The position numbers and the translations under genes were made by a program. This document shows positions 57,600 through 64,000 of a stretch of DNA of 64,000 nucleotides, in pieces; the stretch's first letter is position 1, and every line of letters starts with the position of its first letter. Source of the DNA: Clostridia bacterium (GTDB lineage: Bacteria > Bacillota > Clostridia > UBA1212 > UBA1255). The notes beneath the pieces are model-generated. The model had not been told where the DNA came from. It saw only the letters and a list, made by a program, of their open reading frames with translations, and did not search any database. The stretch lies in NCBI GenBank assembly GCA_017935905.1, contig JAGBGO010000027.1:17289-81288 (forward strand), in the 5' to 3' direction.

Positions 57600-59010
57600 G
57601 ATGAATTTCCTTTAACATTTCCTCTTTGCGCCGTTCATTCTCCTCTGCCACGTCAAATCCTTCCGTACTTTCTTTCTGAAATACGATGCGCAAGGTCAGC
57701 AGGATGATCTTCAGATCCAACCAAATGGAATAATGTTCAATATACATCAAATCTAGGCGGATTTTATCGTAGGCGCTGGTGTTGTATTTGCCGTAAACTT
57801 GTGCGTAGCCCGTAAGACCGCCTTTCACTTTCAAGCGGTATCCGAATTCCGGCACTTCTTCTGCATACTTGCGCACGTGTTCCAGCCGTTCGGGGCGAGG
57901 TCCCACAATGGACATATCGCCTTTCAAAATATTGATCAACTGGGGAAGTTCGTCTGCGCGAATGGCACGGATGAATCGACCTACTTTCGTAATTCTGGGA
58001 TCTTTACCCGTCGCCGGAATACTCTCTCCAAATTTCTCCGCATCTACGATCATGCTGCGGAATTTCAAAATATCAAATTCACGATAATCCCGGGTGGCTC
58101 TGCGCTGGCGGTAAAATACCGGCCCTCTGTCTTCAATTTTAATAGCAAGGGCGATCAGCAACAGGAACGGCCACGTAATCAAAAGACCGATACCGGAAAG
58201 TACAATGTCTAAAATACGCTTTACAAAGCGCTGGGCTCTGGAAAGGCCTGTACTCTTGATTAAAACAAGGGGCGTGTCAAACAACTGGATGTCCTCTGCA
58301 CCGCGAATCAATACGTCGGAAATCTTGGGCACCGCATAGACCGGCATATTGTGTTCATAACAGAATTTCAAAATATCATTACGGGTTTCTGCGGTAATAT
58401 CGTTCAAAAGGACAGCATCGTAATTGAGAATTTCTGCGCAGATTGTGTCAATATCTTCCTCGGCGGAAAGCAATTTGTTGACACGGTATTTATCCCGCCG
58501 TGTGTCCATCTTCAGTTTCATATTGAGGGCATTGTCCGTTCCGAACACCATAACCATATTGTGAGGACGGTAGAATTTATGGAACACGGCGCTGCTGAGG
58601 CAGACCATCAGGAATGCGAACACTAAGTTAATCAGCGTAATGACCAGCATGGGAAGCGGCGGTACCATACCGTTTGCAATCAGACAAAGCTGGAAATAGG
58701 TAATGATGTTGGTAAGCACCAACGCAATCCACTGGGCTAAAGATAATTCCAATTTACGCAGGTTTCCATACATAAAACCTTCCGTATTGTGAAAAAGGAT
58801 CCAAAGAATTAACGCATAGACACCCATCAATACGTATTTGCCGCGAACCAAGTAGTCCGGGAACAATGCGTTTGCGTATCCGTGTCGCCATCCTATATAG
58901 TACGTAATCGTCAGTATTGCAATCTCCACAAAGCCTACAATCGCACGCATCATACTCTTGCTGATGCATCTGTGCTTTCGGCTGTTTTGCTTGGTGTTCT
59001 GTAACTGCAT
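57583..59010 (-). CDS. Polyprenyl glycosylphosphotransferase (priming sugar transferase)
   Basis: KRILD, KFRSM, DPRITKVG, DELPQL and GDMSIVGPRPE motifs; start uncertain. Confidence 0.92.
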   Translation of the reverse strand: MQLQNTKQNSRKHRCISKSMMRAIVGFVEIAILTITYYIGWRHGYANALFPDYLVRGKYVLMGVYALILWILFHNTEGFMYGNLRKLELSLAQWIALVLTNIITYFQLCLIANGMVPPLPMLVITLINLVFAFLMVCLSSAVFHKFYRPHNMVMVFGTDNALNMKLKMDTRRDKYRVNKLLSAEEDIDTICAEILNYDAVLLNDITAETRNDILKFCYEHNMPVYAVPKISDVLIRGAEDIQLFDTPLVLIKSTGLSRAQRFVKRILDIVLSGIGLLITWPFLLLIALAIKIEDRGPVFYRQRRATRDYREFDILKFRSMIVDAEKFGESIPATGKDPRITKVGRFIRAIRADELPQLINILKGDMSIVGPRPERLEHVRKYAEEVPEFGYRLKVKGGLTGYAQVYGKYNTSAYDKIRLDLMYIEHYSIWLDLKIILLTLRIVFQKESTEGFDVAEENERRKEEMLKEIHHEHEE

Positions 59011-59131
59011 AATTATCACAACGCCTCTCATTCAAGATGCTTGTCCATACACGTTTATATCATACCAAATTTCAGGAAATATAGCAAGCAAACTCCATTT
59101 TATCCGCCGGAGAAAAAAACGATCTTCTGTA

Positions 59132-59159
59132 TTGACAAATTTTGATTTCTCGTTATAAT
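59132..59159 (+). promoter_or_regulatory. Sigma-A promoter for the ABC-DUF1854-DarA cluster
   Basis: TTGACA-N16-TATAAT. Confidence 0.7.
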
Positions 59160-59201
59160 ACACCTAACTTATTTAAAATACTCCAACGTGGGGTGTGCAA
59201 T

Positions 59202-61457
59202 ATGGAAGATATGAAGATCTTGACAAACCGACCGTTGTCAGAAGAGCTAAAGTCAAAATTAGATGCACTTTCCCGGGAACAAAACCCGATCTTGTTTGCT
59301 GTTGCAGGAGATTTATCCCTGGAAAGCGCCTATGCAAACACCGTATTGGCAATCAGTCAAACACACGTCTTTGTCGTGCACGAAACCGATCAGAATGCCA
59401 CCGACACTTACGAAATTGCCCGAGTGGAGAAAGCCACAGTAAAGAGAATGTACGGCAATGCCATGCTGCGCTTGACCATCGACGGAAAGACACGCTCCGT
59501 GTTCCGTTTTACGTACAGCGTCGCCGCCCTATGTGACACCGCCGCATCCTTTATTGAAAATATCCATAACGGCGCAGACTTCAACGAGCAATGGGAATTT
59601 GTGCAGGCCTCTTACGAAAAAATGATGAACGTCTGCCCAAAATGCGGCAGAACGCTTTTACGACCCGGCTCCCCGTGTGTGCACTGCCAAGCCAAGAAGA
59701 AAATGTTTGCCAAACTGTACACGTACTTGAAGCCCCAATTGAAAATGCTGGTGTTTTGCCTGTTTCTCTCCTTTTTTACCACGGTGGCGGCGTTACTTCC
59801 GCCTTTCCTTACGCAAAAATTAGTCGACAATGTCTTCCCGAATCGGGACTTACATATGCTTGCCGTAATCGTAGTAGCTTTGCTGAGCGCATATATTGTC
59901 AGTACCGTGGTAGGCATGTTTCGAAATTATCTGCTGCGCATCAGCGGAGACAAAATTGTGGCCCACATTCGCAACGACGTATATGAAAAAGCCCAATACT
60001 TACCTATGCAGTTCTATGACAAAACCTCTACCGGCTCTGTTATTAACCGAATTTCCGGAGATACGGCAACCATTCAGGCATTTATGCTTCGAATCACACA
60101 AGAAGCCGTTGCCCAATTGGTGTTGATGTTTTGCATCATTGGCCTGATGTTTTCTATGCACTGGAAACTCACGTTGATTTCTTTGATCCCCTGCCCACTG
60201 ATTGTCATCGGTTCCCGTATTTTCAGGCGAAAAATATTTCCTTTTTACCGGAGAATTTGGCGCCGGTGGGCCAGCGTTACCTCCGTGCTTACGGATACGA
60301 TCCCCTGCATCAAAGTGGTGAAATCCTTTGCCGGCGAAAAACGCACCGTGAAACGTTTTGAACGTTACAACAAAGAATGGCTTAAAGTAGAAATGCAGTC
60401 CTCCAAAATTGTGACGGCGTATCCCATGATTGTGTCTTTCTTCATTTCCGGTGGAACGCTTTTACTGTGGGTCATTGGCGGACGGTGGGCCGTCCTGGGT
60501 ATGCATGGTGTCACCGCCGGTTTGCTGGTCTCTTTTCTATCTTACGCAGGTACTTTCTACGGACCGGTCAACTTCTTTGCAAATTTAAGCGATGCTTACA
60601 ATCAGGCGTTGTCTGCCGCAGAGCGTATTTTCGATATTTTAGATGCGGAACCGGAATCTGATTTCCATCAAGATTGCTGCCCGCCTCTATCGGGAAAAAT
60701 TGAGTTTCGCAACGTAAACTTCTCTTTTGACAAAACAAAGAAAACGCTCAGCGATATTAACTTAACCATCGAACCGGGCGATATCGTGGGGATTGTAGGG
60801 ACCACCGGTTCCGGCAAATCTACGCTTATCAATTTGCTGATGCGTTTTTATGATAATTATGAAGGCGAAATTTTGGTAGACGGCCACAACGTGAAAGAGA
60901 TCAGCTTGGAGTATTACCGCTCCAAAATCGGTTACGTCCAGCAAGAACCTATGATGTTCAGCGATACGATTTATAACAATATTGCTTACGGCAATCCCAA
61001 CGTGCCGGTGGAAGCAGTGATTAACGCGGCAGACATTGCCAACGCCCATGAATTTATTGTCCGGCAGCCTGACGGCTATGACGCTATGTTAGGCGAGCGG
61101 GGTGTAGGACTTTCCGGCGGCGAACGGCAACGTATCTCCATCGCTCGCGCCGTCTTGAAGAATCCCAGTATGCTGATTTTCGATGAAGCCACGGCCTCTG
61201 TAGACTCCGAAACAGAACACTTGATTCAAGAAGCCATTGAGCGGTTGATCAAGGGACGTACGACCTTAATGATCGCCCACCGCCTTTCCACACTGCGTAA
61301 AGCCAATAAAATTATCGTCGTGGATCAAGGGCGAATTATTGAAAACGGTTCTCACGAAGAGTTAATGGCATTGAAAGGCAAGTACTATAAATTGGTGGAG
61401 ATTCAATCGATGTCGGAGAAAATTCGCCAATCGAAAGAAGCAGAACGCTTTGAATAA
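59202..61457 (+). CDS. Fused TMD-NBD ABC exporter with N-terminal extension
   Basis: GTTGSGKS, LSGGERQR and FDEAT motifs; six TMs; N-terminal ~165 aa ending in CPKC...CVHC. Confidence 0.92.
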   Translation: MEDMKILTNRPLSEELKSKLDALSREQNPILFAVAGDLSLESAYANTVLAISQTHVFVVHETDQNATDTYEIARVEKATVKRMYGNAMLRLTIDGKTRSVFRFTYSVAALCDTAASFIENIHNGADFNEQWEFVQASYEKMMNVCPKCGRTLLRPGSPCVHCQAKKKMFAKLYTYLKPQLKMLVFCLFLSFFTTVAALLPPFLTQKLVDNVFPNRDLHMLAVIVVALLSAYIVSTVVGMFRNYLLRISGDKIVAHIRNDVYEKAQYLPMQFYDKTSTGSVINRISGDTATIQAFMLRITQEAVAQLVLMFCIIGLMFSMHWKLTLISLIPCPLIVIGSRIFRRKIFPFYRRIWRRWASVTSVLTDTIPCIKVVKSFAGEKRTVKRFERYNKEWLKVEMQSSKIVTAYPMIVSFFISGGTLLLWVIGGRWAVLGMHGVTAGLLVSFLSYAGTFYGPVNFFANLSDAYNQALSAAERIFDILDAEPESDFHQDCCPPLSGKIEFRNVNFSFDKTKKTLSDINLTIEPGDIVGIVGTTGSGKSTLINLLMRFYDNYEGEILVDGHNVKEISLEYYRSKIGYVQQEPMMFSDTIYNNIAYGNPNVPVEAVINAADIANAHEFIVRQPDGYDAMLGERGVGLSGGERQRISIARAVLKNPSMLIFDEATASVDSETEHLIQEAIERLIKGRTTLMIAHRLSTLRKANKIIVVDQGRIIENGSHEELMALKGKYYKLVEIQSMSEKIRQSKEAERFE

Positions 61458-61475
61458 GAAATGAGGTGTTTTACA

Positions 61476-61964
61476 TTGGCACGTGTATATGTAGAAGGCG
61501 ATCAAGTCCGTTTTACCCGAAAAGATTTATGTTTTGTGGATATGGAATGTTATGACGGACGGAAATTCGAAAATTTGGAGCCAAGAAGACTTTTCCCCGT
61601 AAGCGGAAAAGACCGCTATATTACTTTACTGGATGAAAAAGGCAACGAAGTGGCCATCATTCGCAATCCGGATACGTTAATGCCGGAATCCAAAAAAGCA
61701 ATCGAAGACTGTTTGCGGGAATATTACCGAATTCCAAAAATCACAGAGATTTTGGGGATCAGCGAAAAACACGGTCGCCTTAAATGGCGAGTGGACACGG
61801 ATTGCGGCGAACACGAATTTGAAATCCGCAATCGGCACAGTGATATTAAGATGCTGTATGACGGACGTGTGCTCATCCGAGACTCGGCAGACAACCGATA
61901 CGAAATTCCGAATCACACACAGCTGTCTAAACACAGTAGATTTTTATTAAGCAAAGAATTATAA
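61476..61964 (+). CDS. DUF1854-domain protein
   Basis: PRRLFP, YITLLD, YRIPKI, WRVDTDCG and DSADNRYEI motifs; TTG start after GAGGTG. Confidence 0.8.
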   Translation: MARVYVEGDQVRFTRKDLCFVDMECYDGRKFENLEPRRLFPVSGKDRYITLLDEKGNEVAIIRNPDTLMPESKKAIEDCLREYYRIPKITEILGISEKHGRLKWRVDTDCGEHEFEIRNRHSDIKMLYDGRVLIRDSADNRYEIPNHTQLSKHSRFLLSKEL

Positions 61965-61989
61965 TATACGTAAACGGAGGGATTTACAC

Positions 61990-62316
61990 ATGAAAATAAT
62001 TGTAGCAATTGTAAACAACGACGACAGTGCCATTGTTTCTTCCGCACTGACACAAGACGGCTTCTTTGTAACCAAACTTTCTACCACCGGTGGTTTTCTG
62101 ATGGTGGGCAATACCACGTTGTTAATCGGTACTGATGACAATAAAATAGACCGTGTGAAAGAGATTTTGCACAAATACAGTTCTACCCACAAACAGCACG
62201 TTCCTTCTTCCGCTTCTTTTGGAAGAGGCTTGCACAAAGACGGAGTGAGCGAAGAAGTGACTGTAAACGGCGCCACGTTCTTTGTATTAAACGTAGAGGA
62301 ATTCGGAAAATTATAA
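61990..62316 (+). CDS. PII-like cyclic-di-AMP receptor (DarA/PstA family)
   Basis: MKIIVAIVNNDD, TKLSTTGGFLMVGNTTLLIG and GATFFV motifs. Confidence 0.88.
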   Translation: MKIIVAIVNNDDSAIVSSALTQDGFFVTKLSTTGGFLMVGNTTLLIGTDDNKIDRVKEILHKYSSTHKQHVPSSASFGRGLHKDGVSEEVTVNGATFFVLNVEEFGKL

Positions 62317-62458
62317 AGAAACTTTTTCAGAAAAGGGGCTGTCTCTTTGGACTTTCTTTACTGAATCAATCAAGAAAGGTCGTGATTACCTGTTTCTTTA
62401 TGTTTCACGACCTAATGGCGGTCGCAAATCATTCAAGTCCTAAATTGTGTGTAAATAC

Positions 62459-62493
62459 AAAAAAGCTGCCTCGATTTCCGAGACAGCCTTTCT
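62459..62493 (-). terminator. Terminator of hup
   Basis: Minus strand GGCTGTCTCG-GAAAT-CGAGGCAGCT followed by a T run. Confidence 0.7.
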
Positions 62494-62512
62494 TGTTTGC
62501 AGAATAATCAAA

Positions 62513-62788
62513 TTATTTCGCAACGGCATCCTTAAGAGCCTGACCTGCCTTGAAAGCAGGAACTTTCGTAGCTGCGATCTGAAGCTTCTCACCTGTACGA
62601 GGGTTGAGACCTGTACGAGCGCCACGTGCTCTAACTTCGAAAGTGCCGAAGCCAAGTACGCTTACCTTATCACCTGCAGCCAATGCTTTGGTAATCGCTG
62701 CGATGGTAGCGGAAAGAGCCTTCTCTGCATCTTTGTTTGTAAGACCGGCGTCAGCCGCAATTGCCTTTACAAGTTCTGTCTTATTCAT
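62513..62788 (-). CDS. hup: DNA-binding protein HU
   Basis: MNKTELV, GFGTF, RTGLNPRTGE and PAFKAG motifs. Confidence 0.96.
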   Translation of the reverse strand: MNKTELVKAIAADAGLTNKDAEKALSATIAAITKALAAGDKVSVLGFGTFEVRARGARTGLNPRTGEKLQIAATKVPAFKAGQALKDAVAK

Positions 62789-62929
62789 CAAAATCATCCT
62801 CCATATATAAATATTTGGTAAAAGACAAGTTTATTATAACACTATAAATTAGGAAACGCAATGTTTTTCCGCCAAAAATTTCAAATTTCGGCTATTTTTT
62901 TCAATTTTTCTTAAAAATTGCGTAGAATA

Positions 62930-62958
62930 TTGCCCTTTTTTTGGTTTTATGATACAAT
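62930..62958 (+). promoter_or_regulatory. Sigma-A promoter for the USP-like gene and tmk
   Basis: TTGCCC-N17-TACAAT with extended TG. Confidence 0.55.
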
Positions 62959-63078
62959 TTCTTACGGTAATTCAAAGGAAAAGGATTCTATGCAATTATC
63001 CCCGCAGAACTCGGGTACTATTCGTATGTCGCGGATAAAGGCATAGAAAACCGCATCCGTGGAGATTGAAGGTGAAGT

Positions 63079-63489
63079 GTGATGACGGAAAGCGAAACGT
63101 CACAAATTCTCGTTTGGGTAACCAACCCGGAAGCAGCTGCAAGAATTGCCGCGGTAGGCAGACGGTTAGCCGATGAGAACGGACTGGAGTTGCATATTGT
63201 AAGTATTCAAAATCCCGTCCGAACAGATACTTGGGAACAAACGTTCCGGGATTTGGAAGCGTTAAACAGTGCCGCCCGCTCCGTGCAAGCGGAATTAGGG
63301 GTCGTTTACTCCGATAACCGTATGGAAGCCGCCGTTAAACTGGTGCGGCAAATAAAGCCTAAGATGATGGTAACCGGTGTAGCCGGCGACCAGACGAGAA
63401 ATACGTTTATTGAGAATCTGCGGGCATACAGCGGCGAAATCCCCGTGTATGCAGTAGATCCAAGCGGCAACACAATGAAATTGATGTAA
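63079..63489 (+). CDS. Universal-stress-protein-like small protein
   Basis: ILVWVT...GRRLA...LHIVSI...MVTG pattern of USP/KdpD-USP domains. Confidence 0.65.
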   Translation: MMTESETSQILVWVTNPEAAARIAAVGRRLADENGLELHIVSIQNPVRTDTWEQTFRDLEALNSAARSVQAELGVVYSDNRMEAAVKLVRQIKPKMMVTGVAGDQTRNTFIENLRAYSGEIPVYAVDPSGNTMKLM

Positions 63490-63508
63490 AGATCTTTTGG
63501 AGGACGAT

Positions 63509-64000
63509 ATGGGCAAACAACCTTTAATAGTGGCATTAGAAGGTATTGACGGAAGCGGCAAGAGCGTTCAATTCAAGCGTTTGCACGCCCGTTTAGAAGC
63601 CGCCGGACTTCGTGTCGGTGTTTTGGATTTCCCTTGCTATGAAGGCTTCTTCGGCCGGGAAATCGGAAAGATGTTATCCAACGCAGAAGGCGTTTCCGCC
63701 GCCGTGGTAGACGTGAAGTCCATGTCTTTGTGGTACGCCATGGACCGGAAGATTGCTTTTGACCAATTTGACCGTTCCAAATATGATATCGTTTTGCTGA
63801 ACCGGTCCACTATGGCCAATGCCGCTTACCAAGGATCAAGAGTACCGGAAGGCACTTCCCACCGGGATTTCATTCAATGGATTTTTGATTTGGAATTTAA
63901 AGAGCTACAAATTCCGCAGCCGGAAATGTTTTTCATTTTTGACATTCCCACGGCTACTTCCCGCGCCAACGTAGCCAAGAAAGGCCACCGGGACTACGTA
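63509..64000 (+). CDS. tmk: Thymidylate kinase-like protein, 3' partial
   Basis: Not in the ORF track; RBS GGAGG; MGKQPLIVALEGIDGSGKSVQ...DFPCY...WYAMDR...LNRSTMANAAYQ. Confidence 0.8.
   Translation, partial: MGKQPLIVALEGIDGSGKSVQFKRLHARLEAAGLRVGVLDFPCYEGFFGREIGKMLSNAEGVSAAVVDVKSMSLWYAMDRKIAFDQFDRSKYDIVLLNRSTMANAAYQGSRVPEGTSHRDFIQWIFDLEFKELQIPQPEMFFIFDIPTATSRANVAKKGHRDYV

Noticed and set aside
1-64000. tRNA, rRNA, prophage, integrase, reverse transcriptase or recognisable defence genes
   Set aside because: None recognised by eye on either strand; tRNAscan-SE, DefenseFinder and cmscan would be needed to exclude divergent cases.

Overview
Chromosomal window of a Firmicutes bacterium (Clostridia-like, probably spore-forming), mostly housekeeping and cell-envelope genes. 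It contains pepF (partial), a YmfI/FabG-type reductase, an Mrp/NBP35 ATPase, an aquaporin, long HPF, acyl-CoA synthetase, folD, azlCD, ppa, a psd-pssA phospholipid operon, ispD, ileS, rpmG-secE-nusG-rplKAJL with an L10 leader, a Gld-like ABC system, capD, a P-type ATPase, a chromate-transporter pair, a glycerol-phosphate wall-polysaccharide locus, ABC/DUF1854/DarA, HU and tmk (partial). An AT-richer accessory island (~4.8-10.3 kb) carries IS1182 and IS200 relics and a decaying catabolic module (Fe-dependent dehydrogenase, metallo-beta-lactamase-fold/KDPG-aldolase fusion with a frameshift, M20 peptidase fragment, AraC, DSD1-family PLP enzyme). The most unusual signals are (i) several intergenic chains of gapped inverted repeats whose arm sequences differ between loci but whose span stays near 35-41 bp, (ii) a non-cellulosomal dockerin-cohesin surface operon, and (iii) two unassigned structured RNA candidates. 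No CRISPR array, tRNA or rRNA was seen. All family calls come from motif recognition by eye, not from database searches.
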